Shown one piece after another: positions 53,087 to 64,000 of a stretch of 64,000 nucleotides of DNA (within the stretch, counting starts at the first letter, position 1; every line of letters begins with the position of its first letter). The DNA is taken from positions 8,620 to 72,619 of the IMG/VR virus record IMGVR_UViG_3300012352_000117. The stretch is one strand, 5' to 3'. The position numbers and the translations under genes are program-made. The notes under the pieces are model-generated. The model was not told where the DNA came from, did no database searches, and saw nothing but the letters and a program-made list of their open reading frames with translations. This DNA comes from a virus.

Positions 53087-56000
53087 ATGACAACTAACTT
53101 TAACGTAGAGCCATATTATGATGACTACTCTGAAGATAAGAAATTCTATAGAATTCTCTTCAGACCTGGTTATGCGGTTCAGGCTCGAGAGTTAACACAG
53201 CTTCAAACGATTCTACAAAAACAAATTGAGCGTACTGGAAATCATCTATTCAAAGATGGTTCTATGGTCATTCCTGGCCAAGTGTCATTTGACACTAAGC
53301 TGGCGTATGTAAAACTGAAAGCAACTTACGGAACAACTGATATCTCAGCTTATGTTCTGAACATGATTGGTATGACTATCGAAGGTCAAACAACTGGTGT
53401 TCGTGCTAAAGTTGTTCAGGCATCTAAAGCCTCTGGTTCTGATCCAGTAATGTTGTTCGTTAAGTACACTAGCAATGGTGCTGCTGATGAACTAGGTACT
53501 GATCAAGGTGCTCAAAGAGAATTCTTAGCTAATGAAGTGTTAACTACACTAGTTAATGAAGGCGAAACAAGCTATACCGTTCAGATTCAATCTACTAACA
53601 CTACACTAAACCCAGCGTTTGGTGAAAGTTCTGCAGCGTCTGTTTCTAAAGGTGTCTATTACATCAAAGGATTCTTTGTTCTAGTTGACGATCAAACTGT
53701 TATTCTAGACAAGTACAAGAAGAATCCTACGACAAAGGTTGGATTAAAGATTGTAGAATCTTTGATTGAGCCAGAAGATGATGAAACACTTCTTGATAAC
53801 GCACAGAGCAGCTATAACTATTCTGCTCCAGGCGCACATCGCTATACGATCGATGCTCAGCTGTCAAAACGAGCTATTGGTTCGGCTGAAACTGAAGACT
53901 TTATTGAACTACTTCGTGTAGTAAACGGTAAGATTCAGTACATCGTAAACAAAACAAGTTACGCTGTATTAGAAGACAATTTAGCTCGTCGTACTTATGA
54001 CGAATCTGGCAACTACACTGTTCGTCCATTCGGTATTGATGTTCGTGAATACCGCGACAACTATCGTGTTACTTGGACTGCTGGCACTGCATATTTAGCC
54101 GGTGACATTATTAGATACAACAATTTGTACTATGTCGCCAAAAAGAGTGGTGTTTCTCTAAGTGTTGCAAATCCTACACTAGATACAAACTGCAGCTGGG
54201 AAGAAACAGCGTCTCCAGCTTTTAACCGTGGTATCTATCCAGCACCTACAACAGTTAAGAAGCCTGTACTAGATATCAATGGCGAACCGACTTTCAATCT
54301 AGATGAAGATGGAAACATCGTTTCTCAGATCTTCACTACTCCAAATGCTACAGTAGCTGATCACCTAGAACTAGAAGGTAAGTTAGCAGTTGGACTAGAA
54401 TCTGGTAAAGCATACGTCTATGGATACGAAATTGAAAAGTTTGGCACATCTTATGTAGACGTACAAAAGTCACGTGAGATTGATTCTGAGTCTAATGTTC
54501 TTTTCTCTGCCGACTACGGTAACTATGTTCTAGTTAACAATGTAAACTTTGCACCAACAATTTCTTCTCTACCAGAAGTCAAGTTGTATAACGCTTATAC
54601 TACTACAGCTGGAGCAATTCCATCTGGTACAGGCGTTGTTGAAGTTGGTACTGCAAGAGTAAGAGGATTCGAATGGCATTCTGGGGCAACATCTGGAGCT
54701 AATGCTTATTACAAGTTGTTCTTGTTTGACATTAAGATGAATCAGATTCCCGGTGATGCTTTTGGTAATCGTTACACGTTTAACTATCATGCTAAGCAAT
54801 TTAGAATTGCTGGTGCTGGTAACACTAGTTCATTCACTGCTGATGCTGCAGTTCTTCCAGAAGTAAAAACTGGTGCTATCACTTTCACTGGTGGCCCAAC
54901 TTCAACTATTATTGGCGTGAACACTAAGTTCTTGACTGAACTAAAAGTTGGTGATTACATCTTCTTGGACAACTCTCCACGTAGAATTACATCTATCACT
55001 AGCAACACTTCGTTGACCATCAGCACAAACGTTGGAAATCAATCTGGTACTTTAGTTCTAAAATGTACTGCACTACTACAAGATACAACTAAATCTTCTC
55101 TAGTATTCCCTCTACCACAATACGCTGTTAAAACAGCTTCTGTTAGTTCTTATTATGTTTCTGATGTCTTCAGTGTTAATGCATCATTGGCATCTGGAGC
55201 GACATGTAGCGTAATCATTACTACTTCTGGTGGAAATGAATTTGCTAATCCAGGCGACTTTGGTAACTTTACTCTATTCAGCGCATTTGATGGTAGTGTT
55301 GTCACACCAAGCGCTGCTGTACGTGCCGGCGATAATCTATCTGTCACATTTACTATTCCATCCGCATATGCATCTACTGCATTCTTAGTATACGCTACTA
55401 TCAATAAAGAGCAGTCAATTGGTTTAAAGTCTAAGACAGTTACAACTGGTACTTCTACGAAGACTACTAAGTCTACTGCACAAGCAAAGATTGTTTATCT
55501 TGGAAAAGCTGACGGTATCAAACTGAAGTCTGTTAAGATGGCAACAGGTGATTTTACAACGCCTGGCTCTTACACGATCGACATCACTTCTCGTTATTCT
55601 TTCAATGGCGGCCAGACATCTTCATACTATGGCATTGCTAATATAACATTGAAAGATGGACAAGCATTGCCTACTGCTCCAATTCAAGTAACTTACGAAT
55701 ACTATAACCACGGAAGTGGCGACTTCTTCACTGTAGACTCATACACAAATTACAAAGAAGTTCCAGTCTTTGCTGGTATTAACTTACGTGATTGTATTGA
55801 CTTCCGTCCACGAGTAGACGACTCCAACACTGGTGAGATTGTATTCAGTGGTGGTAATGATCTTCTTCCAAAGTTTGGAGAAGACATGATCATCAGCTAC
55901 GAATATTATCTTGGCCGCAAGTCTAAGATCGCTATCAACAAGTCTGGTGATTTTAGAGTTGTTGACGGTGCATCAAGTCTAACTCCATCAGAACCTAGCG

Positions 56001-59000
56001 ATCCAACTAACAGCATGGTTCTATATAAGTTGGAATTAGAACCATATACATTTACAACTAACTCTACATCAGTTGCAATTACACCTATCGAAAACAAGCG
56101 CTATACTATGCGTGATATCGGTAGAATTGAGCAACGTGTAAATCAATTAGAATACTATACATCTTTGTCTTTGCTTGAGCAAGAAACAAAGAACTTGACT
56201 ATTCAAGACGAAGATGGATTTGATAGATTCAAGAACGGTTTTATTGTAGATAACTTCACAAGTCAATCTGTTGGAAATCCTGAATCTCCTGACTACTCAT
56301 GTTCAGTTGATATGGAGAATGGAATTCTACGTCCATTCTACAGCATGACTAACGTCGATTTTACTGAAACTCATACTAAGAACAGTGACCGTGCTGGTGC
56401 AAACATCAACTATCAGTTAACTGGTGATGTGATCACACTACCATACACAAATGTTAGCTTGATCAATCAGCCTGCTGCTTCAACTGCTGTCAACGTTAAC
56501 CCATTTGCTGTGTTCACATACATCGGTCAAGCAGAACTGTATCCTCCATTCGACCGTTGGTTTGAAGTTAATCGCCGTCCTGACATTATTCTTAGCGTAG
56601 AAGGAAACTATAACGCTATTAAGACACTAGCTGAAAAAGCTGGTGTTCTTGGTACTGTTTGGAATGCATGGCAGACACAGTGGACTGGTGCAACAGTAAG
56701 TACTGGTACAAACACAGAATTTATGCGTGGTAACGGTATTAGATTCGTTACTACAGAAACTACAGCTACAAACGTCGGTCAATCTAGATCTGGTATAAAG
56801 ACTACGATCAAAGAGAGCATCGAGATGAAAACAGTCGACGACAAAGTGTTGTCGGTTGCAACAATTCCATTCATGCGTAGCCGTAATATCTTAGTTCAAG
56901 CTAAGGGATTGAAGCCAAACACAATTTTCTATCCATACTTTGATAAGCAATCTATTTCTGCATACTGCGACCCTGCTGATAAATTAGTGATTAACAAGAC
57001 TGGGTTCAACTCCATCAACTTTAACGACGATGAAAACGCAGAACCAGTAATTAACGTTGGTGCAGACTATAAAAACTCTGCACGTGCCATCGGTCCAAAC
57101 CCAGATATGGCGCTAAACGTTGGTGACGTATTATATGTCTCAAAGCGTGGAGCTACAACATATACAGCTGCGACATCTCCTACAACTGCAGTCGTAGTTG
57201 GTACAGAGAATAAGCTTACAGCTGGTGTAGTTACAGAGCGCTCATTGTACATTGTTAACGTAAAAGATTCAAACACATCTGATGGTGTTGGTTTCTTGGC
57301 AAACGATGAAATCGCTGGTACAGTCAGTGGAGCTACTGCTAAAGTTGTTTCTCACACAGTTAGAGCAGTTGGTTCACAACTGACTACTGACACTAATGGT
57401 GAAGTTAACTTCTTGTTCAACGTTCCAAATACCGATGCTCTACGTTTCCGTACAGGTAAGAAAGAACTTGCTCTTCTTGATAAGTCAACATATGATTTAC
57501 TAGCAGCTAACTCTTCTCTGACTACAGAATACGAAGCTCAAGGTTTCTTAGAAACACGTCAAGCTACAGTACAAGCAGTTCGTAACGCAACTTTAGTAAC
57601 TGAAACTGTTAGCGAGAACAGAACTGTTGTTCAATCTAACCAGCGTATCATTGCTGACACAGGTTGGTACGACCCTCTAGCTCAAACTTTCTTAGTTGAC
57701 GGATATCCAGAAGGTACTCCTACTGGCGATGTTTCCGCAAAAGTACAAGGCGGCGGTTGCTTCTTGACTGGAGTAGACATCTTCTTTGCAACAAAGGATG
57801 ATTCAGCTCCTGTTATTCTTCAGATTCGTGAAGTTGTTAACGGCTATCCAGGCCGTGCAGTATTACCATTCTCACAAGTTGTTCTGAAGGCTGATAAAGT
57901 AAATACTTCTACAAACTCAAGCGTAGCAACTAGATTCACGTTCCCATCACCAGTATACGTACAGAATTCTACTGAATACTGTATCGTTCTTCTTTCTAAC
58001 TCTATTGGTTACAAAGTTTGGGTGTCCGATCTTGGTCAGAAAGATTTGTTGACCAGCAACAACATCGACAAGCAACCGTACTCTGGTGTGTTGTTCAAGT
58101 CTCAGAATGCTTCTACTTGGACTGCTGAACAGATGCAAGACTTGAAGTTCCAGTTGTATCGTGCTAAATTCCTAACCGGAAAAGTTGGCAGAGTTGAATT
58201 CGAGAACAACGTTATCAAAGATGAAGAACTAGATCTAGATCCAATTCAGTTTACTGCTGGTTCTAATAAAGTTCGTGTGAACATGCGTAATCACGGTATG
58301 ACCGCTGGTGCATATCCATCAAAAGTTACTCTACGAGTAGACAGCGAAGTTACAACTGGCACAATTACCGTGACTAAGAGTTCCACAACAGTGACAGGTG
58401 TTGGTACCGCATTCTTGACAGATATGGCAGCAGAATCTGCGTTGTACGATAAACAAGGTCGTCTAATTGGTGTTGTTGCATCTATCGCAAGCAACACAAG
58501 CTTGACACTATCTTCTGCTGCAACATTTGCATATACAGGCACATGGAGATTTGTAAATGCTATCTATGGCATCAAACCTATTAACTTGTTCAAGCAACAC
58601 ACAGTTACAGCTGTAGAAGAATTTGATAACTTCATTATTACTCTATCTGAGAATGCTACACAAACTGGTTATGGCGGTGGTTCTGGTATCAAAGCTACTC
58701 GTCAGATTCAGTATGACGCTGTACAACCATACATGACTTATCAGACATTCGCTAATACAAAGATTGTTCCATACTATATTGGTATTACTGGTAAGTCGAT
58801 TGATGGTTCGCAAGTACCATATAGAAAATCCAATGATGGCGGATATGGATACATGCCAGTCACATTGAATGAAACTAACAATATGCCAGTTCCATTCATG
58901 CTAGTCTCAGATGAAAACGCTGCAGCTCGTCCAGGCGATGGCATCACTCTAGATCTATCTACAAAAACTGGAAGCCGAAACTCTGCAATTATCAGAGCAG

Positions 59001-59983
59001 ATATCTACAGCGATGTTGATACTCTATCTCCAGTAATCGACACACGAAGTGTTTCAGCTATTTTGATCAGCAACAAGGTTAACAACCCATCTAGCGCTAT
59101 CAACATTACACCGATCGATGATCGTGCTATCATAACTAGCGCAACGGACGTCACAGTTCGAACAGCTACTGTCTCTGTATTCAGAGCAAGCAATGTAGTT
59201 ACTATCAACACTAACGGTGCTCACGGATTTGTTGTTGGACAAAAAGTTAGAGTAGCTCTTACAGATAATACTGACTTCAACGGCGAATTCACGATTCTTT
59301 CTGTTGACGAAACTAAGTTTACTTACACTTTAGCTGGTACTGATTTTGCGACAGAAGGTTCTCCAGATGCAGACGTTGGTTATGTCTACGGCGGTGTTAT
59401 CAAGATTGGTAATACTGGAGAGAATAGAGCTAACGCCGCTACTCTGTATTCTGGTCAATATGTTAAGATTCAAGGTGTGAATATTTACGGCGAATCTACT
59501 CCAGACAACGTTGTAGAAGTTCTGCTATCAGATGTTTCTGCAGATGGTTCAATTCTAAGAGTTGGTTCTATCTTATCTGTTGGCACTGGAAATATTAGCA
59601 TCACGTCTTATGATCGTTTCTATGATGAAATTACCCCAGTTGGTTCTTCTAGTTACAGTAAATACGTAACAAAGAGAATCATACTTGCTAACCCATCTAC
59701 ATTCTTGAAGATTCGTTATGCTGCTTCTGTGCCACTCACATCTGATATTAAAGTCTACTACAAGCTTGGCTTAGTCGGTTCATATGAAGATTTTTCTACT
59801 GTTGAATATTCTAAAGCTAATGTGACATATAAGAAGTCTAACGACGGCGTATTCAAAGATGTTGAAATCGACATTCCTGATCTGCAGAGCTTTAGTTCTT
59901 TCGCAGTTAAGCTTGTTTTCACATCTACAGATTCTTCTAAGGTTCCGCAAGTTAAAGAACTAAGACTAATTGCTTGCGCATAA
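53087..59983 (+). CDS. DUF4815/VrlC-like large virion structural protein
   Basis: FNV.PYYDDY...K.FYRILFRPG.AVQARELTQLQ; LARRTYDESGNY; RFKNGFIVDNF; DPLAQTF; DLKF.LYRA.F. Confidence 0.85.
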   Translation: MTTNFNVEPYYDDYSEDKKFYRILFRPGYAVQARELTQLQTILQKQIERTGNHLFKDGSMVIPGQVSFDTKLAYVKLKATYGTTDISAYVLNMIGMTIEGQTTGVRAKVVQASKASGSDPVMLFVKYTSNGAADELGTDQGAQREFLANEVLTTLVNEGETSYTVQIQSTNTTLNPAFGESSAASVSKGVYYIKGFFVLVDDQTVILDKYKKNPTTKVGLKIVESLIEPEDDETLLDNAQSSYNYSAPGAHRYTIDAQLSKRAIGSAETEDFIELLRVVNGKIQYIVNKTSYAVLEDNLARRTYDESGNYTVRPFGIDVREYRDNYRVTWTAGTAYLAGDIIRYNNLYYVAKKSGVSLSVANPTLDTNCSWEETASPAFNRGIYPAPTTVKKPVLDINGEPTFNLDEDGNIVSQIFTTPNATVADHLELEGKLAVGLESGKAYVYGYEIEKFGTSYVDVQKSREIDSESNVLFSADYGNYVLVNNVNFAPTISSLPEVKLYNAYTTTAGAIPSGTGVVEVGTARVRGFEWHSGATSGANAYYKLFLFDIKMNQIPGDAFGNRYTFNYHAKQFRIAGAGNTSSFTADAAVLPEVKTGAITFTGGPTSTIIGVNTKFLTELKVGDYIFLDNSPRRITSITSNTSLTISTNVGNQSGTLVLKCTALLQDTTKSSLVFPLPQYAVKTASVSSYYVSDVFSVNASLASGATCSVIITTSGGNEFANPGDFGNFTLFSAFDGSVVTPSAAVRAGDNLSVTFTIPSAYASTAFLVYATINKEQSIGLKSKTVTTGTSTKTTKSTAQAKIVYLGKADGIKLKSVKMATGDFTTPGSYTIDITSRYSFNGGQTSSYYGIANITLKDGQALPTAPIQVTYEYYNHGSGDFFTVDSYTNYKEVPVFAGINLRDCIDFRPRVDDSNTGEIVFSGGNDLLPKFGEDMIISYEYYLGRKSKIAINKSGDFRVVDGASSLTPSEPSDPTNSMVLYKLELEPYTFTTNSTSVAITPIENKRYTMRDIGRIEQRVNQLEYYTSLSLLEQETKNLTIQDEDGFDRFKNGFIVDNFTSQSVGNPESPDYSCSVDMENGILRPFYSMTNVDFTETHTKNSDRAGANINYQLTGDVITLPYTNVSLINQPAASTAVNVNPFAVFTYIGQAELYPPFDRWFEVNRRPDIILSVEGNYNAIKTLAEKAGVLGTVWNAWQTQWTGATVSTGTNTEFMRGNGIRFVTTETTATNVGQSRSGIKTTIKESIEMKTVDDKVLSVATIPFMRSRNILVQAKGLKPNTIFYPYFDKQSISAYCDPADKLVINKTGFNSINFNDDENAEPVINVGADYKNSARAIGPNPDMALNVGDVLYVSKRGATTYTAATSPTTAVVVGTENKLTAGVVTERSLYIVNVKDSNTSDGVGFLANDEIAGTVSGATAKVVSHTVRAVGSQLTTDTNGEVNFLFNVPNTDALRFRTGKKELALLDKSTYDLLAANSSLTTEYEAQGFLETRQATVQAVRNATLVTETVSENRTVVQSNQRIIADTGWYDPLAQTFLVDGYPEGTPTGDVSAKVQGGGCFLTGVDIFFATKDDSAPVILQIREVVNGYPGRAVLPFSQVVLKADKVNTSTNSSVATRFTFPSPVYVQNSTEYCIVLLSNSIGYKVWVSDLGQKDLLTSNNIDKQPYSGVLFKSQNASTWTAEQMQDLKFQLYRAKFLTGKVGRVEFENNVIKDEELDLDPIQFTAGSNKVRVNMRNHGMTAGAYPSKVTLRVDSEVTTGTITVTKSSTTVTGVGTAFLTDMAAESALYDKQGRLIGVVASIASNTSLTLSSAATFAYTGTWRFVNAIYGIKPINLFKQHTVTAVEEFDNFIITLSENATQTGYGGGSGIKATRQIQYDAVQPYMTYQTFANTKIVPYYIGITGKSIDGSQVPYRKSNDGGYGYMPVTLNETNNMPVPFMLVSDENAAARPGDGITLDLSTKTGSRNSAIIRADIYSDVDTLSPVIDTRSVSAILISNKVNNPSSAINITPIDDRAIITSATDVTVRTATVSVFRASNVVTINTNGAHGFVVGQKVRVALTDNTDFNGEFTILSVDETKFTYTLAGTDFATEGSPDADVGYVYGGVIKIGNTGENRANAATLYSGQYVKIQGVNIYGESTPDNVVEVLLSDVSADGSILRVGSILSVGTGNISITSYDRFYDEITPVGSSSYSKYVTKRIILANPSTFLKIRYAASVPLTSDIKVYYKLGLVGSYEDFSTVEYSKANVTYKKSNDGVFKDVEIDIPDLQSFSSFAVKLVFTSTDSSKVPQVKELRLIACA

Positions 59984-59997
59984 TTGGAGTCACAATC

Positions 59998-60225
59998 ATG
60001 TATACACTTAAGGTTGAAGGTTCTGAATCGCTTGTTCGTGATGTAAACACTCAAGCGATCATAAATACTAATGAGAATGAATACAAGAGTTATGTTGCAA
60101 AGCAAGCTCTTGTGCAGCAGCGAAAGCAGCAAATAAATAATCAAACAAAAGAACTTGAAAATCTTAAGCAAGAAATGAACGAGATTAGATCGATGCTAGC
60201 AGCACTACTAACAAAAGGTAAGTAA
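59998..60225 (+). CDS. small coiled-coil protein
   Basis: KVEG...LVRD..T.AIINTN, then heptads ending EI..ML..L. Confidence 0.65.
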   Translation: MYTLKVEGSESLVRDVNTQAIINTNENEYKSYVAKQALVQQRKQQINNQTKELENLKQEMNEIRSMLAALLTKGK

Positions 60226-60228
60226 GAG

Positions 60229-61563
60229 ATGCCAACTCCACCATCACCAATTACCGTCCCAACATCATTAGCCTACAGATCTATTGTAGGCAGAAGCATA
60301 CCGCTTACCAATCTTGAATTGGATGGTAACTTTGCTTACTTAGAAAATCTAACAGAACAGCGATTGTTGATCACTGACTTCACTTCCACTAACATGGTTA
60401 CGAAGTTGAATGCAGATCCAGCAACTTCATCAGCTGGAGGATTAGACTCAGCGTTGCTGCGAGGTTCAGCTCCTAGTAGCTCTAATCTCGCAAACAGTAT
60501 TGTTCTAAGAGATTCTAATGGAGATTTTTACGCTAGTGTAGTGCATGCTCCAACATTTGATGGTAAAGCTAATGACGCTATTACTGCAGATGGCGCAGAT
60601 AAGCTTAACACTGCTAGAACAATCAATGGTGTGTCTTTTAACGGTACAGCAAACATCACTGTATTCGATAGCACTAAAGTTGCAAAAGCTGGCGATACCC
60701 TAACAGGTAAGCTTATATTCTTCACTCCGACAACCGGTGCAGCATCATTAACACTTCCTCATGGAGTTGCTCCAACTACACTTGTTAACGGTGACGTCTG
60801 GACAACAACTGTTGGTCAATTTAATAGAATTGCTGGTATTACACGTCGAGTTGCATACATCGATTCTGACATCAGTGGTACCGCATCCAATGTTACTGGC
60901 ATTGTTGCTATTGCAAACGGTGGTACTGGAGCAAATGATGCAGCAGAAGCAAGAGAAAAACTAAGTGCTGCAACACGTGGTAACAACTCTGACATTACTA
61001 GACTATCCGGACTAACAACTGCCATAACACCTGCACAGGGTGGTACAGGTTTAACTTCGCCTGGAGCTGCTGGTAACGTACTAACAAGTAATGGCTCTGG
61101 AAGCTGGACTTCTTCAGCCCCAGCTTATATTCCATCAGGAGCCGTAATGCCTTTTGCAATGGCTACAGTTCCAAGCGGTTGGTTAGAATGTAATGGCGCC
61201 GCAATTTCAAGAACAGTATATACGACTCTATTTGCTGCAATTGGTGTAACATATGGAGCTGGCAACGGCACAACTACTTTCAACTTACCTGATCTACGCG
61301 GTATGTTCGTTCGTGGCTGGGATCATGGAAGAGCAGTTGATGGAGCTCGCGCTATAGCTTCATATCAAGAAGATGAATTCAAATCTCATACTCACACTCT
61401 AAAAGGCAACGATAGAGGAAATAACTATCCTCAGAAGACAGCTCCTGGTCTATGGAATGATGATGCTGAATTCAACGTCACAGATGAAAAGACAATCGCT
61501 GCAACTGGTGGCTCTGAGACTAGACCAAAGAACATTGCTATGATGTACTGCATTAAGATCTAA
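60229..61563 (+). CDS. tail fibre protein with tail collar domain
   Basis: LT..ELD.NF N-terminus; GGTG repeats; P.G.V.PFA....P.GWL.CNG..ISR..Y..LFA.IG.TYG.G.G.TTF.LPDLRG.F.RGWD; ETRP.NIA..YCIK. Confidence 0.9.
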   Translation: MPTPPSPITVPTSLAYRSIVGRSIPLTNLELDGNFAYLENLTEQRLLITDFTSTNMVTKLNADPATSSAGGLDSALLRGSAPSSSNLANSIVLRDSNGDFYASVVHAPTFDGKANDAITADGADKLNTARTINGVSFNGTANITVFDSTKVAKAGDTLTGKLIFFTPTTGAASLTLPHGVAPTTLVNGDVWTTTVGQFNRIAGITRRVAYIDSDISGTASNVTGIVAIANGGTGANDAAEAREKLSAATRGNNSDITRLSGLTTAITPAQGGTGLTSPGAAGNVLTSNGSGSWTSSAPAYIPSGAVMPFAMATVPSGWLECNGAAISRTVYTTLFAAIGVTYGAGNGTTTFNLPDLRGMFVRGWDHGRAVDGARAIASYQEDEFKSHTHTLKGNDRGNNYPQKTAPGLWNDDAEFNVTDEKTIAATGGSETRPKNIAMMYCIKI

Positions 61564-61575
61564 CGGAAAGCTAAA

Positions 61576-64000
61576 ATGACAACAATTGTACTAAGAGCAA
61601 ATACACCAGGTGGTCTAACCAACACCCAGCTTGATGCCAACTTTACAAATCTAAACAACGACAAAGTTGAAACTTCGTATCTGTCGAACACCTTTGCAGG
61701 TACTACAAATATTACAACTTTAGGTACCATTGCAACTGGTACTTGGAGTGCAAGCACCATCGCTGTTAATAAAGGCGGCACTGGTGTAACAACATCAACT
61801 GGTACAGGTTCTGTAGTTCTAAGCACTTCTCCAACATTAGTTACTCCTACACTTGGAGTAGCTAGTGCTACGTCTATTAACAAAGTTGCAATCACTGCTC
61901 CAGCAACTGGATCTACACTTACAATCGCAGATGGTAAGACATTAACTGCTAGCAATACGCTTACATTTACTGGTACAGACGCTTCATCAGTAGCATTCGG
62001 CGCTGGTGGTACTGTTGTGTACACCGCAAACAAACTAAGTGCTCTTTCTGCAACAACTTCAGCTGAACTTGCAGGTGTTATCTCTGATGAGACTGGCACT
62101 GGTAAACTTACATTTGCAACTAGCCCTACATTCACTACGTCGATCTTAACAGATTCGACAACATTTGCAATTGCTAATACAACTGCAACTACACTAAACA
62201 TTGGTGGAGCAGCGACTACTATTGCGATTGGCGCTTCTACAGGCACTACGACAATTGGCAATAGTCTTGTTGTTACTGGCAACTTGACAGTTAATGGAAC
62301 TACTACATCCATTAACACTGCAACAATCTCTGTCGACGATATTGCTATTGAACTAGGTGATGTTACTACACCGACTGATACTACAGCAAACGGCGGTGGT
62401 ATTATTCTTAAAGGCACAACCAATAAGACTATCCTTTGGAATTCTACAGACGTTGCTTGGAATTCTTCTGAGAGTTTTAACGTAGCAACTGGCAAACAAT
62501 ACGAGATTGGTGGTACTTCAGTACTAAGCAGTACTACTCTAGGATCTGGAGTTACATTCTCAAGTCTAACTTCTGTTGGAGTTATCGCCACAGGAACTTG
62601 GCAAGCAACAGATATTGGTCTAGCTCATGGCGGTACTGGTGCGACTCTGACTGCAGCAGATGGTGGTATCGTCTACTCAACTTCTTCTGCTCTAGCTATT
62701 GCTGATATCGCTGGTGTGGTCTACGCTAACACGACTGGAGCTCCTACTGCTGCTACTGCAGCCAACATTGGTTCTATTGTAGACACACGATACGCGATGA
62801 TTGGCACTACAACACCAACATCAGAATATCTTTATGTCACTAGAACTTCTACTTCTCCGACATTATATGTACGTCAAGGTTCTACTGGCGATCTAGCTTC
62901 GTTCTTTGTAAGCGCTACTGCCGGTGCAACATCTGGTACTTCATATGTCACGCTTACAAACACTGGTGGTATCAATGCTACTGGTGTTCTTGCTACTGCA
63001 AACGGTACTGCAGCACTACCAAGTCACACCTTCATATCTGATACTAACACAGGTATTTCGTCAAACGGTGCTGATATTCTAACAATTTCTACTGCCGGTG
63101 CAGCTAGAGTGACTGTTAATGCTATCGGTGATGTTAACGTCAATAAACAGTTGGGTGTAGGTGGTACACATAACCCAGCAACTGGTCCTATCACCACATT
63201 AGGTGCGATCACTGCCGGCGGTACTGGTTACATGAACGGTACTCATACTAGTGTTCCTCTAACTTCAGCTGGAGGTGCTAACGCATTAGGCACAGTGACT
63301 GTTGCAGGTGGTATTGTTACAGGAGTTACTTTGACATGGGGTGGATATCGCTACTCTGCGGCCGAAGTTTTAACTGTAGGTACTCCAGCAACTACTGTTG
63401 CAACTACTGCAGCATCTGGCACAGGTTCTGCTGCTACAATAACATTTGCAGCTCAAGCTGCAGCACCATTCCAAGTTGGCGCACAGATTGTAGTTGCTGG
63501 TGTTACGCCAACTGCATATAATGGAACATTCACAGTAACAGCTTGCACTACTACTACAGTTACATATGCTAGCACTGCTACAGGCGCACAGACTGTTGCT
63601 GGTACTGTCAAGCAAGGAACTGCTTTAACTAATGCTACACTAACAGCTAGTGCTGTTCAAGGCACCGGTGTGTACATTGCTTCAAGTTCAGTACCGCGTA
63701 TTAGACTTGAAAACACTGCTACTAGTGTATCTTCTGGCACTGAATTAGGTACTATTCTATTCTCTAGTGCTGATGGTAGTGCTAATGCATCAGGCGACGT
63801 TGCATATATTAGAGCTATTGCAGCTGGTACTTCTGGTGGCGGCTACTTCCAATTCTTTACATCTGTCAACGGTGGTGCGCCATCTATGTCAATGTATTTG
63901 AACTCTACTGAGCAATATAACACTGGTCATATCTATCTTACAACATCAGATGATGTTAATGCCGATGCAACAACTACATTTATTGACTCTAGCGCACTGT
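61576..64000 (+). CDS. long tail fibre protein, 3' truncated by window edge (absent from ORF track)
   Basis: Frame is open from ATG 61576 (MTTIVLRANTPGGLTNTQLDANF); T/G/A/S-rich with GGTG motifs; read codon by codon without a stop to about 63720 and appears open to the window end. Confidence 0.85.
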   Translation, partial: MTTIVLRANTPGGLTNTQLDANFTNLNNDKVETSYLSNTFAGTTNITTLGTIATGTWSASTIAVNKGGTGVTTSTGTGSVVLSTSPTLVTPTLGVASATSINKVAITAPATGSTLTIADGKTLTASNTLTFTGTDASSVAFGAGGTVVYTANKLSALSATTSAELAGVISDETGTGKLTFATSPTFTTSILTDSTTFAIANTTATTLNIGGAATTIAIGASTGTTTIGNSLVVTGNLTVNGTTTSINTATISVDDIAIELGDVTTPTDTTANGGGIILKGTTNKTILWNSTDVAWNSSESFNVATGKQYEIGGTSVLSSTTLGSGVTFSSLTSVGVIATGTWQATDIGLAHGGTGATLTAADGGIVYSTSSALAIADIAGVVYANTTGAPTAATAANIGSIVDTRYAMIGTTTPTSEYLYVTRTSTSPTLYVRQGSTGDLASFFVSATAGATSGTSYVTLTNTGGINATGVLATANGTAALPSHTFISDTNTGISSNGADILTISTAGAARVTVNAIGDVNVNKQLGVGGTHNPATGPITTLGAITAGGTGYMNGTHTSVPLTSAGGANALGTVTVAGGIVTGVTLTWGGYRYSAAEVLTVGTPATTVATTAASGTGSAATITFAAQAAAPFQVGAQIVVAGVTPTAYNGTFTVTACTTTTVTYASTATGAQTVAGTVKQGTALTNATLTASAVQGTGVYIASSSVPRIRLENTATSVSSGTELGTILFSSADGSANASGDVAYIRAIAAGTSGGGYFQFFTSVNGGAPSMSMYLNSTEQYNTGHIYLTTSDDVNADATTTFIDSSAL

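Noticed and set aside
61560-62591. 343-aa minus-strand ORF
   Set aside because: Antisense shadow of the low-complexity Thr/Gly/Ala-rich fibre gene on the plus strand; Val/Pro-rich with no motif or RBS.
1-64000. Diversity-generating retroelement, retron, group I intron, homing endonuclease or prophage integration
   Set aside because: No reverse transcriptase, template/variable repeat pair, HNH/GIY-YIG/LAGLIDADG motif, interrupted core gene, integrase or host housekeeping block was seen.

Overview
This window is a 64 kb piece of a lytic T4-like myovirus genome, with no host chromosome, integrase or CRISPR array. The host is probably an aquatic Proteobacterium (inferred from the sigma70-type promoters, lipoboxes, outer-membrane genes and tmRNA tag). 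Layout: (1) 1-14.9 kb, early/accessory genes: topoisomerase gp52, RNA ligase, metallophosphoesterase, HD hydrolase, HAD nucleotidase, DexA, pyrimidine-dimer glycosylase, PhoH, GH19 endolysin with small membrane genes, and a PD-(D/E)XK nuclease. (2) 14.9-19.8 kb, a late-promoter-headed cluster: a 20-Cys protein, a radical SAM/SPASM enzyme, two unknown ORFs, an asparagine-synthetase-like PP-loop enzyme and a cupin. (3) About 19.9-20.2 kb, a circularly permuted two-piece tmRNA (tag ANDNAFLMAA). (4) 20.3-27.3 kb, a curli-like locus (CsgF, CsgG, two curlin-repeat proteins) interleaved with a FecR-domain protein and a CHASE2 adenylate cyclase. (5) 27.4-33.4 kb: OMP barrel, SleB hydrolase, ClpP, gp33, gp59, gp32. 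(6) 33.4-64 kb, baseplate/tail/packaging genes: gp29-like, 51, 26, 16, 54, 2, 4, 48, 53, hub, 5, PAAR, 25, 6, 7, 8, DUF4815 and tail fibres. The strongest candidates for undescribed systems are the radical SAM protein-modification cluster and the curli/FecR/cyclase cassette. An EF-Ts-like domain protein and T4 gene e-style RBS-occluding hairpins are also notable. All family calls come from motif recognition by eye; no database searches were run.
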